This document shows positions 9,939-18,915 of a stretch of 64,000 nt of DNA, one piece after another. How positions within the stretch are numbered: the stretch's first letter is position 1; each line of letters opens with the position of its first letter. A program made the translations under genes and the position numbers. This stretch comes from Chloroflexota bacterium (GTDB lineage: Bacteria > Chloroflexota > UBA11872): NCBI GenBank assembly GCA_022826485.1, contig JAJDUU010000017.1, positions 1,722 to 65,721 of the forward strand. The letters run 5' to 3'. The notes below the pieces were generated by a model. The model had not been told where the DNA came from and searched no databases. It was given only the letters and a program-made list of their open reading frames with translations.

Positions 9939-11071
9939 TCGCGACGCCGCAACGCGGACTTTCGCGCCACGTTGAGCAAGATGCCCATCATCAGCAGCGA
10001 GGCGAGCAGGGACGACCCGCCCAGGCTCACGAACGGCAGCGTGAGACCCGTGACCGGGATCAAACCCGTGACGACGCCCATGTTCACAAAGGCCTGAAAC
10101 GTGAGCTGCGTCACGATGCCGACCGCCAACAGGCGGCCGAAGGGATCCTCGGTCGAACCCGCGATCTGGATCCCACGCACGAAGAGCGCCAGAAACAGCA
10201 CCAGCACCAGCCCGGTGCCGACCAGTCCGAACTCCTCGCCGATGACGGCGAAGATCGAGTCGGAGTCAGGCACCGGCAGCAAGAACTTCTGGGTGCCGGC
10301 GCCCAGGCCGCGGCCGGTGACGCCGCCGGCGCCCAGAGCGATCTTGGCTTGCGCCGCCTGATAGCCGGTGGTGGTGACTTCCGGGTCACGCGTGAGAAAG
10401 GCCACCACGCGCGCCCGCTGGTAGTCGTGGATGGCAATGGAAATTGCGCCGGCGGCCAGCGCGCTGATCGGCAGCACCACGAGGTGCCGCAGCCGGGCGC
10501 CGGCCACGAACAGCATGGCCAGACCCACCGCCGCCATCGTGACGGCCGTTCCCAGGTCAGGCTCGGCGATCACCGGAAGCACCACCGCCGCCAGCAGTCC
10601 CCCGCCGCCAAGCAGACCGATGCGCCAATCCCGTATGCGGTCGCCGACGTGCTTGCCCAGCTTGGCCAGGGCCAAAATCAGCGCGAGCTTGGCGAACTCG
10701 CTGGGCTGCAAGGTGAATTCACCGATCACAAACCAGCGACGCGCCGCCAACTGCGGCGGCGCGTTCGAGAAGAACAAGACCCCAAGCAGCAGCACCCAGG
10801 CGATTCCGAGGGCCGGCAGGGCCAAACGTTCGTACCGCTGGTAGTCCACGGCGCTCAGACCCAATGCGAGGACCAGGCCCGCGATGCCGAAGATCATCTG
10901 CTGAATCGTGTCGGCGTCGAGCGGCGCCCCCTCGCCAAGCACCGCCGGAATGCGCGCGCTGGCGACCATGACCGCGCCGCCCAAGGGCAGCAGCACCGTG
11001 AGCAGGAGAAGAATTGGGTCCTGCGGCGGCCAGCGGAGCCCACGCGCGGCGGGCTGTGCCTGCGTCGCCAT
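9935..11071 (-). CDS. ftsW: SEDS-family peptidoglycan polymerase FtsW
   Basis: Polytopic membrane protein with QPSEFAKL, DLGTA and LPFVSLGGSSL SEDS motifs. Confidence 0.88.
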   Translation of the reverse strand: MATQAQPAARGLRWPPQDPILLLLTVLLPLGGAVMVASARIPAVLGEGAPLDADTIQQMIFGIAGLVLALGLSAVDYQRYERLALPALGIAWVLLLGVLFFSNAPPQLAARRWFVIGEFTLQPSEFAKLALILALAKLGKHVGDRIRDWRIGLLGGGGLLAAVVLPVIAEPDLGTAVTMAAVGLAMLFVAGARLRHLVVLPISALAAGAISIAIHDYQRARVVAFLTRDPEVTTTGYQAAQAKIALGAGGVTGRGLGAGTQKFLLPVPDSDSIFAVIGEEFGLVGTGLVLVLFLALFVRGIQIAGSTEDPFGRLLAVGIVTQLTFQAFVNMGVVTGLIPVTGLTLPFVSLGGSSLLASLLMMGILLNVARKSALRRRE

Positions 11072-11075
11072 CAGC

Positions 11076-12902
11076 TCATGCCGCCCGCGCCGGGATTCGC
11101 AGGTACGAAAACACCCGGGTCATGATGCGCTGAAACGTCGGCGACGCCACAAAGGCGCCAAAGTAGCCCTCTTGAGGACGGTTGATGACCACCAGCGTGA
11201 GCAGTTGGGGGTCCTCCAGCGGGCCAAATCCCACGTAGGACGCGATTGAGAGATCGGATTGAAAGCGCCCGCCGACCGGGATTTCGGAGGTGCCGGTCTT
11301 ACCGGCGGTGCGATATCCAGCCACCGTCGCGGGGTTGTTCACAATGCCCCCTTCGGCGCTCTCCATCATCTGCATGAGCGTGCGCGCCGATTCGGCCGAA
11401 ACGACCCGCCGCACCTCCTGTGGCTGCACGAAGCCCCGCCGGCCGTCGGGGTGCTCGACCGCCCGCACGATGTGGGGACGCATGAGCACGCCCTCGTTGG
11501 CGACCGCGCCGATGGCGGCGGCAATCTGCAGCGCGGTTGCCCCGATTCCATGACCGAACGAGTTGGCCGCCAGATCGGCCTGAAACCACCCACGGTCGCC
11601 GCGCCGGCGCACGATGCCCGGCACCTCGCCGCTGAGGTCCACGCCGGTGGGCTCGCCGAACCCAAACTTCTCGATGTAGCTGTAGTACCGGTCCGGACCG
11701 GTCTTGTCCGCCACGAAGATTGCGCCGGTGTTGCTTGAGTGACGCAGGACGCTCGTCATGTTCTGGTCTGGATAGGTCTGCAGGTCCCAGTTCTTGAACT
11801 CCTCACCGAAGTAGCGAAGGGTTCCCGGCAGATCATGGGTCGACTCGGGGGTGATGGCCTTGCTGTCCAGCCCGGCGGCCATGGTGACGAGCTTGAACGT
11901 GCTGCCGGGCTCGTAGACATGGCTCAGCGCGCGGTTGGCGAACTCCGGGCCGAACGACTGGTACTCGTGGACCCGCGCCGGGTCATAGTCGGGCACGTTC
12001 GCCAGCGCGAGGATGGCGCCGGTGCGCGGATCGATCATGACCACCGAGCCGGACGCCGCGCTGAAGCGCTCGACCGCGACTTCGAGCTCCTCTTCGACGA
12101 TGTGCTGAATAGTGCGATTGAGCGTGAGCGTGAGGTGCGATCCGTGGCGGGCCGGCAGCAGGTTGTGACGCCCGATCGGGATCTCACGCCCCAGGCGGTC
12201 GAGGTCCGACGTGCGCAGGCCCGGGCTGCCGGACAGCAAATCGTCATAGTGCGCCTCGACGCCGGCCTGCCCAATCACGTCGCCCGGCCGGTCGGCGCGC
12301 TCGCCGAGAAAGCCCAGTACGTGGGCGCCGAGCCGGCCGTTGGGGTACATGCGCACGCGGTCCGGTTCGAGCCGAATGCCCGGCAACTCGCCGTCCGCCA
12401 CCGCCTGGCGCAACCGCCGCTGCGTGTCGTCCAGCATGCCGCGCGCCAGCAACGCGTAGCGCGACCGTGGATTGCTGATGGCGTTGGCGATCGGGATGGG
12501 ATCCAGGCTCAGGATGTCGCCGAGTCGGTTGGCCACGTCGAAGGGCGCGCTCTCTTCGTGCACCACACTCGGATCCGCCACCACGCGGGTGGCGCTGCGC
12601 TCGATGGCCAACACGTCGCCGGAGATGTCGAAGATGGTGCCGCGTCGGGGGTGGAGCTCGGTCCGCGCCAGCAGCTCACCGGCGCCGCGCGCGGCGAGGA
12701 CCGCCGATTGATTGACGTGCCAGTCGTACAGACGCCAGCCAAGGACGCCGGCGCCGAGCGCCGCGCCGCCCAGCATCATCGCCAGCCGCCGGCTCGGGTC
12801 GACGGGGGCGTGGGCGCTGGCGCGGCCCGAGCGCTTACTCGCGGAGGCTGGTGATCTTGGCACTGATCGCTCGAAGAAAGGCTTCCCACCACGGCATCTC
12901 AT
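11076..12902 (-). CDS. ftsI: Class B penicillin-binding protein (FtsI-type transpeptidase)
   Basis: SxxK (GSTFK), SxN (SSN) and KTG (KTGT) boxes in the correct order, with an N-terminal TM anchor. The exact start is uncertain because the ORF overlaps the ftsL 3' end. Confidence 0.88.
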   Translation of the reverse strand: MRCRGGKPFFERSVPRSPASASKRSGRASAHAPVDPSRRLAMMLGGAALGAGVLGWRLYDWHVNQSAVLAARGAGELLARTELHPRRGTIFDISGDVLAIERSATRVVADPSVVHEESAPFDVANRLGDILSLDPIPIANAISNPRSRYALLARGMLDDTQRRLRQAVADGELPGIRLEPDRVRMYPNGRLGAHVLGFLGERADRPGDVIGQAGVEAHYDDLLSGSPGLRTSDLDRLGREIPIGRHNLLPARHGSHLTLTLNRTIQHIVEEELEVAVERFSAASGSVVMIDPRTGAILALANVPDYDPARVHEYQSFGPEFANRALSHVYEPGSTFKLVTMAAGLDSKAITPESTHDLPGTLRYFGEEFKNWDLQTYPDQNMTSVLRHSSNTGAIFVADKTGPDRYYSYIEKFGFGEPTGVDLSGEVPGIVRRRGDRGWFQADLAANSFGHGIGATALQIAAAIGAVANEGVLMRPHIVRAVEHPDGRRGFVQPQEVRRVVSAESARTLMQMMESAEGGIVNNPATVAGYRTAGKTGTSEIPVGGRFQSDLSIASYVGFGPLEDPQLLTLVVINRPQEGYFGAFVASPTFQRIMTRVFSYLRIPARAA

Positions 12903-13320
12903 ACAGCCGCTGACCCGGCGCCGCCCAGACCGGCAGGTCCAGCGACACGCCGGGTGGCAGGGCCTGACTGCTCACATACAGCGGATTGGTCGGCTCGCGC
13001 ATGTCCAGGTCGGTGAAGGCCACCCGCTGGACGGTTGGGAGGTCGTTTTCGGTTGCCAGCTGCGCGCGCAGGTCCTGCTGCGTCTGCAAGAGCACTTCGA
13101 GCCGCCGTTCGAGCGACTGCACCTCGCCGCCTACCCGAACGATCGCCTGCGTCTGCTGCACCCAGACCATGGCGAGCACAAAGGCCGCCACGATGAGCGC
13201 CAGCACCAGGCGCGACGCACTGATTGGCCGCACGACGACCTGCACCAGCTGCGCCGGCAGCGCCATGCGCCGCTGAATCCGCGCCTCACGGACGGCCATG
13301 GCGATCCTCACTGAGATCAT
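12835..13320 (-). CDS. ftsL: FtsL-like division protein (single TM + coiled coil)
   Basis: No strong sequence motif. The call rests on position between rsmH and ftsI, one TM helix (LVLALIVAAFVLAMVWV) and a heptad-like segment. The start may instead be the ATG at 13299. Confidence 0.5.
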   Translation of the reverse strand: MISVRIAMAVREARIQRRMALPAQLVQVVVRPISASRLVLALIVAAFVLAMVWVQQTQAIVRVGGEVQSLERRLEVLLQTQQDLRAQLATENDLPTVQRVAFTDLDMREPTNPLYVSSQALPPGVSLDLPVWAAPGQRLYEMPWWEAFLRAISAKITSLRE

Positions 13321-14251
13321 CCACCAGTGGGGGCGGCGTCACACGTGCGGCGCGCAGCTTGGCGCTGCGCGCCCGCCGATTCGCGGTCACTTCCGCCGCG
13401 TCGGCGCGCAGCGGCGAGCGCGTGAGGATTTCCGCCGTGCCCGCGGACGCCCAAGCACGAAGGCGGTGCTTGACGATGCGGTCCTCGTGGCTGTGAAACG
13501 CAATCACGACGACGCGCCCGTCCGGGCCGGCAACCCCGCGTGCCGCCTCGAGGCCGGCGGTCAGAGCCCCAAGCTCATCGTTGACGGCCATGCGCAACGC
13601 CTGAAACGTGCGCGTGGCCGGGTGAATGCGCTGTCGACCGGGTATGGCGCGTTTCACCGTCGCCGCCAGCACCGCGGTGGTGGTGATGGGTCGGCGCTGC
13701 ACGATGCGGCGGGCAATGCGCCCGGCTCGCCGCTCGTCGCCGAAGCGACGCAGCAACTCGGCCAACTCCGGTTCGGGCAGACGGTTGACGAGGTCCTGCG
13801 CGGAACGGCCGCAGGTCGGGTCGAAGCGCATGTCGAGCGGCCCGTCGTGCTGAAACGAGAAGCCGCGCGAGGGATCGTCGAGCTGATCGCTGGAGAGTCC
13901 AAGATCGAAGATCACCCCGTCGGCCCCGTCGAATCCGTGGGCCGGGGCGACGCGCGCCAGATCGCGGAAGTTCGCTTGCACGGGTGAAACGCGCGGTTCG
14001 TCGCTGAATCGCTCACGCAGCCGCGCGACGGCGTCGGGATCGGCGTCGAGGGCCAGGACGCGTGCGGCTCCGGCGGCTAGGAGTGCTTGGGTGTGCCCCC
14101 CGGCGCCGGCCGTTGCGTCCACGTAGCTTCCTCCCGGCGATACCCCCGTGAGGTCAACGACCGCCGCAACGAGCACTGGAGCGTGAACTGGCGACGCTCC
14201 CTTCGGAGGTTTGGTGTATGGGGGACGCAGGGGAGGCACTGCGTCCCCCAT
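13286..14251 (-). CDS. rsmH: 16S rRNA (cytosine1402-N4)-methyltransferase RsmH (MraW)
   Basis: HAPVLV, DATAGAGGHTQALL (SAM site), DLGLSSDQLD, SHEDRIVK. Confidence 0.92.
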   Translation of the reverse strand: MGDAVPPLRPPYTKPPKGASPVHAPVLVAAVVDLTGVSPGGSYVDATAGAGGHTQALLAAGAARVLALDADPDAVARLRERFSDEPRVSPVQANFRDLARVAPAHGFDGADGVIFDLGLSSDQLDDPSRGFSFQHDGPLDMRFDPTCGRSAQDLVNRLPEPELAELLRRFGDERRAGRIARRIVQRRPITTTAVLAATVKRAIPGRQRIHPATRTFQALRMAVNDELGALTAGLEAARGVAGPDGRVVVIAFHSHEDRIVKHRLRAWASAGTAEILTRSPLRADAAEVTANRRARSAKLRAARVTPPPLVDDLSEDRHGRP

Positions 14252-14265
14252 AGAACACCCGAAAG

Positions 14266-14706
14266 TTAGTGTGGGCCGCCTCCACCGGCGCGTCGCATGA
14301 TGGCGACGGCGTCCGCGTCGATACGGTCGCGCTGATCGCGCCAGGTATCGGCGTCCCAGATTTCAATGACATCGCCGGTGCCAATCACGGCGACTTTCTT
14401 TGCCAGTCCAGCGAAGTCGATGAGGTGCGACGGAATGTTGATCCGTCCCTGCCCATCGAAGTCCACGCGCTCGGCCATGCCGAAGACGCGTCGTTTGGTG
14501 TCGCGCACGTCGGGGTCGAGGGGATCCATGTCCGCCAGGCGCTCTTCGATCTGGCGCCAGCGCTCGCTCGGATAAAATGTGAGGCACCGCTCGGCGCCCA
14601 CCGTGAGCACGCCGCCGCCGGGAAGCAGGGCGCGAAACTTGCTGGGGAAGGCCAAACGCCCCTTGGCGTCGAGCTGGTGGACTCGAAGTCCGGTGATGCC
14701 GTGCAT
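14266..14706 (-). CDS. mraZ: Transcriptional regulator MraZ
   Basis: Two SpoVT/AbrB-like halves, each with a D-x-x-GR motif (LDAKGRLAFPSKFR and FDGQGRINIPSHL). First gene of the dcw cluster. Confidence 0.88.
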   Translation of the reverse strand: MHGITGLRVHQLDAKGRLAFPSKFRALLPGGGVLTVGAERCLTFYPSERWRQIEERLADMDPLDPDVRDTKRRVFGMAERVDFDGQGRINIPSHLIDFAGLAKKVAVIGTGDVIEIWDADTWRDQRDRIDADAVAIMRRAGGGGPH

Positions 14707-14750
14707 TGCTCATGACACTCGCGAGATTGCGTATGGCTCGCGGTCATCCT

Positions 14751-14789
14751 CCCCACGTTCCCCCACAAATCACCACTTCTGTGGTGATT
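14751..14789 (-). promoter_or_regulatory. Candidate MraZ operator: three GTGG(G/T) direct repeats with 10-bp phasing plus a 9-bp perfect palindrome
   Basis: CCAC occurs at 14753-56, 14763-66 and 14773-76 on the plus strand, which is GTGG on the mraZ strand. Palindrome AATCACCAC-TTCT-GTGGTGATT spans 14768-14789. The site lies 45-83 nt upstream of the mraZ ATG. Confidence 0.4.
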
Positions 14790-14890
14790 CAACGGCGGAA
14801 GTAAACCATAGGCCCCACCGGGCGTCAAGTGTTTTGCCGAAAATTCCTTGAAATTCTTCGGCCGCGACCGCCCGCGCGTCCGCGCCGGCG

Positions 14891-15385
14891 CTAGTCCGGC
14901 GTGGCGTCCGCCGGATCGATGCGGTCCAGCGCCCAGTTCGCCAGCCGGTCCGCCAGGACGTTGGCCTCTCGGCGCACGTGGGCGTAGTGCACCTGCGCCC
15001 CGGCCGGCTGCGAGGCTCGGACGCGCTCGGCGAGCGCGCGCAAGCCGGTGTGCTTGATGCGCCACTCGCCGCTGAGCTGCCGCACCACCAGCTCGCTGTC
15101 CAGCCGGAACTCGATCTCCGTGGCCCCGAGCTGCCCGGCCAGCTGCATGCCGGTCCACACGGCGTGATACTCGGCCTGGTTGTTGGTCATGTGGCCGAGC
15201 CGCAGGGCCGAGCGGGCCACGATCTCGAAGTCCGCGTTGAGCACGACCACGCCGGCGGCCGCCGGTCCCGGGTTGCCGCGGCTGGCGCCGTCGCAGTGAA
15301 TGGTGAGCTTGATGGTCGCCCTCGCCGATGGTGCGTGGCTCGCGCGCGTGATCGTACCTACCGGCGTGGGAGGCTTTTGCAACAT
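14891..15385 (-). CDS. rnhA: Ribonuclease HI family protein
   Basis: IHCDGASRGNPGPAAAG (first catalytic Asp), NNQAEYHAV (Glu), DSELVVRQL (Asp), and EANVLADRLAN at the C-terminus. Confidence 0.8.
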   Translation of the reverse strand: MLQKPPTPVGTITRASHAPSARATIKLTIHCDGASRGNPGPAAAGVVVLNADFEIVARSALRLGHMTNNQAEYHAVWTGMQLAGQLGATEIEFRLDSELVVRQLSGEWRIKHTGLRALAERVRASQPAGAQVHYAHVRREANVLADRLANWALDRIDPADATPD

Positions 15386-15440
15386 CGGGACAGACGAAGG
15401 ATGGCCGTGCGAATCCCACTCGCCACCGGGTTAAGTGAAG

Positions 15441-15480
15441 GGTGGATTCCCGCCTTCGCGGGAATGACGGAGGGGTTACC
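15441..15480. repeat. REP-like hairpin element, family A
   Basis: GGTGGATTCCCGCCTTCGCGGGAATGACGGAGGGGTTACC. The stem ATTCCCGC / GCGGGAAT encloses a CTTC loop. Related copies are listed in the other repeat features. Confidence 0.8.
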
Positions 15481-15507
15481 CAAGAGGCTCCGTGACGGGA
15501 TTCCACG

Positions 15508-16248
15508 ATGACCGATCGTGCGCCGCTGCACGCCACGGGGCCGTTCGAGCGCTATCGGGCGGAGCTGGCGCTCGGCGCGCATTGGTATCTGGCGGCGCTC
15601 CGCGCGGCCGGCGCCTGGACGCTTCGCTCCGAGATCGTGCGGCAGCGGCGGCTGGTCTACCTCATCGACGGGCAGGCGCTGGACCTGCTGCTGGTCGTCG
15701 AGCGCCTGGTCGCCGCCGGCGGCGGCGCCGCGCGCGCCGAGCTCGACCGCCTCCTCTTCACCGGCGAACCGCCGATCCTGCTCACCGAGTCCGAATTCCG
15801 GGACGCCCTGGGGCCGGACAGCTACTCGGCGTATCTCACCTACTTCTACGGCGTCACCGTCGAGGAGGCGCTGCATTGCGCCGTTGAGCTGGAGGCGGCC
15901 AAGTCCCATGCGCTGGACGCCTCCGCCAGCTTGGGAATCCATGAGCGGATCTACGGACGCTCGCTGGGCGAGCTGTTGGCGGCCTACGCGGAGGAGCGCG
16001 GCGACAACCCGCCGAGTCGCCTGGCCTGGCCGGCCTATAAGTCGTTCATCTACTGGCTCTTTCGCCTTCGGGTGCGGACGTCGGTCGCTCCGCGCGTCGC
16101 CAGCGATACGCGCAAGGCCCTCGACCTCCTGCGTCGGCTGCGCGGACCCGAGGGCGGATCACCGGATCCGCTGCGGCCGCAGGCGGACGCAGGCCCCGAG
16201 AACATCCCGACGGCGGCCAACGTCATCGACCTCGAGCGTCCGGTCTGA
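15508..16248 (+). CDS. Hypothetical protein (no family recognised)
   Basis: 246-aa ORF with balanced, non-Arg-biased composition. The overlapping 326-aa frame (15518..16498) is Arg/Ser/Pro-rich and was rejected. Confidence 0.5.
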   Translation: MTDRAPLHATGPFERYRAELALGAHWYLAALRAAGAWTLRSEIVRQRRLVYLIDGQALDLLLVVERLVAAGGGAARAELDRLLFTGEPPILLTESEFRDALGPDSYSAYLTYFYGVTVEEALHCAVELEAAKSHALDASASLGIHERIYGRSLGELLAAYAEERGDNPPSRLAWPAYKSFIYWLFRLRVRTSVAPRVASDTRKALDLLRRLRGPEGGSPDPLRPQADAGPENIPTAANVIDLERPV

Positions 16249-16258
16249 GGGATCGCGC

Positions 16259-17686
16259 CTAGGCGCCGCCGTCTGCCGCCGGGTCGTCGTCGCGACCGGG
16301 CCCGCGCGCGAGCGAGGCGACCACAGCCAGCAGGGTGACGGCCGCGGCCGCCGTCCAGGTCACGCGAAAGGCGTCGAAGGCGGTATCGAGCGGTTGGTCG
16401 CCGACCGTGGCGACGCCCAGAATGCCCGCCGCCAGCACGCCCCACAGCGTTCCCCACAGCGCCTGTCCCACCGACTGCCCGGTGTTCCGCGCCAATGACA
16501 TCGTGGCGCTGGCCTGTCCGCGATGGCGCGGCGCTGCGGCCCCCATGAGCGAGCTGGCGTTGGCGCTGTTGAACAGGGCAAGACCCACCCCCGTCACCAG
16601 GGTCCGCACCACCACGTCGCCAGGACCGGCCGAGTCGCCCAGCGTGGCCATGAGCGCGAGCCCAATCGCGGTCAGCGCCACCCCCACCGACGCGACCGGG
16701 CGCGGTCCCAGACGATCGGCGAGCGCCCCGGAAGGCGGTCCGAGCAACCCCATGAGCGCGGGGATCGTCGCCAGCACCAGTCCGACCTGCACCGGAGTCA
16801 GGCCCAGCCCGCGCTGGAGATAGAACGGCAGCAGCAACACGAGCGACGACAGCCCGGCGAATGCCAGGAAGGCCGCCAGCGTGGCCGCGCTCAACTCGCG
16901 CACGCGAAACATGTCGAGGTCGACCGTGGGCGCGGGCGAGCGTCGCTGCCACGCCAGGAATCCGCCGAGCAGCACAAGCCCGGTCAGCAACGGCGTCAGC
17001 GCCAGCGGCGCGATAAGCCCGGCCACCTGCACCCTGTTCAGCCCGAACAGCACCAACATGACGCCGGCCACCAGCGACGCCGCCCCGGGGACGTCGAAGC
17101 GCCGCGGACCGATGGGCGCGCTGTAGGGCAGGGACCGCAACCCCAGCGCCAGGCTCACCAGGCCAACCGGAACGTTGAGGAAGAAGATCCAGCGCCATCC
17201 AATCGTGCCCACGAGCACGCCCCCGGCAAGCGGCCCGGTGATGAGACCCGCGGAGACCGCGCTGAGCACCCAGCCCATGGCGCGCCCGCGCTCATTCTGG
17301 GGGAAGGCGTCGATCACCAGCGCGGCGCCGATGGCCTGCGTGGCGGCGCTGCCAAGCCCTTGCAGGACCCGGCACGCCACGAGCATCCAGACGTCGACCG
17401 CCATGCCCGACAGCAGCGAGCCGGCCACGAAGGTGGCGAGTCCGGCCACGAAGAAGCGCCGTCGGCCCAGCACATCCGCGGCGCGGCCAAACGGCAGCAG
17501 CAGCCCGGTGATGACCAGCAGGTACGCCAGAACCACCCATTGCAGGGCGTCGAAGGTGGCGTCGAACTCTGCGGCAAGCGTGGGCAGCGTGATGTTGACG
17601 GCGCTGGAATCGAGCGTGGCCATGAACACGCTGGTCATGACCACCGCCAGCGTGGTCCACTTGCGCGAGCGGGGCATCCGGTTCAC
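16259..17686 (-). CDS. MFS transporter, DHA2 (EmrB/QacA-like, 14-TMS) drug/H+ antiporter family
   Basis: TLAVVMTSVFMATLDSSAVNITLPTL N-terminal motif, GRAADVLGRRRFF (motif A), 475 aa with many TM helices. Confidence 0.85.
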   Translation of the reverse strand: MNRMPRSRKWTTLAVVMTSVFMATLDSSAVNITLPTLAAEFDATFDALQWVVLAYLLVITGLLLPFGRAADVLGRRRFFVAGLATFVAGSLLSGMAVDVWMLVACRVLQGLGSAATQAIGAALVIDAFPQNERGRAMGWVLSAVSAGLITGPLAGGVLVGTIGWRWIFFLNVPVGLVSLALGLRSLPYSAPIGPRRFDVPGAASLVAGVMLVLFGLNRVQVAGLIAPLALTPLLTGLVLLGGFLAWQRRSPAPTVDLDMFRVRELSAATLAAFLAFAGLSSLVLLLPFYLQRGLGLTPVQVGLVLATIPALMGLLGPPSGALADRLGPRPVASVGVALTAIGLALMATLGDSAGPGDVVVRTLVTGVGLALFNSANASSLMGAAAPRHRGQASATMSLARNTGQSVGQALWGTLWGVLAAGILGVATVGDQPLDTAFDAFRVTWTAAAAVTLLAVVASLARGPGRDDDPAADGGA

Positions 17687-17699
17687 GCCGACCCGCGCG

Positions 17700-18134
17700 T
17701 CAGCTCAGCGAATGCGCGAATTGCACCAGCGTCCCGGCAAGCCGCTCCGCGTCGTCCGTGGACATCGACGCGGTGATTGCGACGGTCGCCAGTCCGGCCG
17801 CCCCTTCGGCCTCGCCGTAGACGTCCAGGCGCTCGCGCAGCGCCTCGATGTCGTGGACGGGCACGCCGCGGCGGCGCAGCAGATCGAGGGCGACCTCCAG
17901 GCGCGGCTCTCGATGCCGGGCATCGGGCGCATAGACCCAGGCGATGCTCTGCAGCCGCTCGCCAAGCGGCGCCTGCAGGGCGAATCCCCGCGAGGTCGGT
18001 CGCAGCGGCAGTCCCGCGTCCTGCCAGCGGCCCAGCAAGTGCTCGCAGACGGGGAATAGCTCGGAAGGCGTCAGACGCTGGAACGCCCGCACCTCGTCGT
18101 CGTCGCTGCGGTAGACGCGGAATTCAGCCTCCAT
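17700..18134 (-). CDS. Hypothetical protein
   Basis: 144-aa ORF with normal composition directly downstream of the MFS gene. No recognisable motif. Confidence 0.4.
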   Translation of the reverse strand: MEAEFRVYRSDDDEVRAFQRLTPSELFPVCEHLLGRWQDAGLPLRPTSRGFALQAPLGERLQSIAWVYAPDARHREPRLEVALDLLRRRGVPVHDIEALRERLDVYGEAEGAAGLATVAITASMSTDDAERLAGTLVQFAHSLS

Positions 18135-18175
18135 CAGCCGCCTCCGATGCTCGGGACGGGGATTGGCGCCCCGCC

Positions 18176-18290
18176 AGGTAGGGGCGGGTTTGAAACCCGC
18201 CCGTACTCCACGCCTCGAGCGTCCCTCCAGGTTCGGCCGGACTGGATTCCGGCTTCCGCCGGAATGACGGAGGGGGTGCGCAAGGGTCTT
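18176..18290. repeat. Composite REP-like module: family B hairpin (GGGGCGGGTTTGAAACCCGCCC) followed by a family A hairpin
   Basis: B lies at 18176-18209 and A at 18236-18290 (GGACTGGATTCCGGCTTCCGCCGGAATGACGGAG). The same B-then-A order recurs at 42.5 kb and 47.4 kb. Confidence 0.8.
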
Positions 18291-18438
18291 TCGATCGAAG
18301 AGCGCAATAGCCTGCGCCGCACTTGACCCCGGGATGAGGGCTCCCGGTGGCCCATGCTGCGTGCGGCGTGGGAGTCCGAAATTCCATCGAGGCGAGATCG
18401 CTCGGGATCGACGCGCCTTCCAGAGTAGCGGCGCGGCC

Positions 18439-18915
18439 CTACTTCAGCAGCCGCCCGATCAGGCGCGCGAACAGCGTCGACAGCCCCAGGGCCACGCCGA
18501 ACGCCACCGCGGCCCGCGGGCCAAACAGCGCGCGCACATTGCCCTGGATGTTGGCGCCCACCACGGCCAGCGTCAGCACCCGATCGGCCTGGACGTTGCC
18601 CGCCACCACCCATGACGCGGCCACGTTTTCCAGCTTCGCGTTGGCGGCCAGGGCGCCGGCGACGGCGCTGTTGCGCACGGTGGCCTCTCGCGCCGCCACG
18701 CCCCCCACCAACGTTTGCCCGGTGGCCAGCGCATCGGCCTGCGCCACGCCGATGGCCGAGGCGTCACTCTGGAGGACATCGGTCTGGATCCGGCGCACGG
18801 AGCCGCCGCGCACGATCGCATTTTCGGCGCGCACCACGCCCAGGGGCTGGCGGTCCGTACGAACGGTCTCGCCGCGCGCCTGTTGCAATGGCTGGTGGTT
18901 GTCACGATCGGTCAT
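18439..18915 (-). CDS. Hypothetical membrane-anchored protein with bactofilin-like Val/Ala/Gly-rich repeats
   Basis: Start taken at the internal ATG (18913-18915), which is preceded by GGGAGGC. Short beta-strand-like repeats (VRAENAIVRGGSV, VAAREATVRNSAV, VVAGNVQADRV) and a C-terminal TM helix. Overlaps the larC end by 14 nt. Confidence 0.4.
   Translation of the reverse strand: MTDRDNHQPLQQARGETVRTDRQPLGVVRAENAIVRGGSVRRIQTDVLQSDASAIGVAQADALATGQTLVGGVAAREATVRNSAVAGALAANAKLENVAASWVVAGNVQADRVLTLAVVGANIQGNVRALFGPRAAVAFGVALGLSTLFARLIGRLLK

Noticed and set aside
14385-15536. 383-aa minus-strand ORF spanning mraZ and rnhA. It includes an apparently strong GGAGG-ATG at 14740-14747.
   Set aside because: It is out of frame with both recognisable genes and its product is Arg/Pro/Ser-rich. 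The GGAGGATG most likely occurs by chance within the G-rich MraZ-box region.
15358-15942. ORF-track peptides containing VIPAKAGI, IPAFAGMT or SFRRKPESS. They occur in 15358..15942, 18124..18613, 40380..40838, 42453..43163, 47349..47768 and 49868..50209.
   Set aside because: These motifs are translations of the family A/C REP-like hairpins in either orientation. The ORFs have no other coding signal.
16050-17776. ORFs 16050..17198 (minus) and 16523..17776 (plus) overlapping the MFS gene
   Set aside because: Extreme Arg/Gly/His bias. The frame at 16259..17686 gives a textbook 14-TMS DHA2 transporter.
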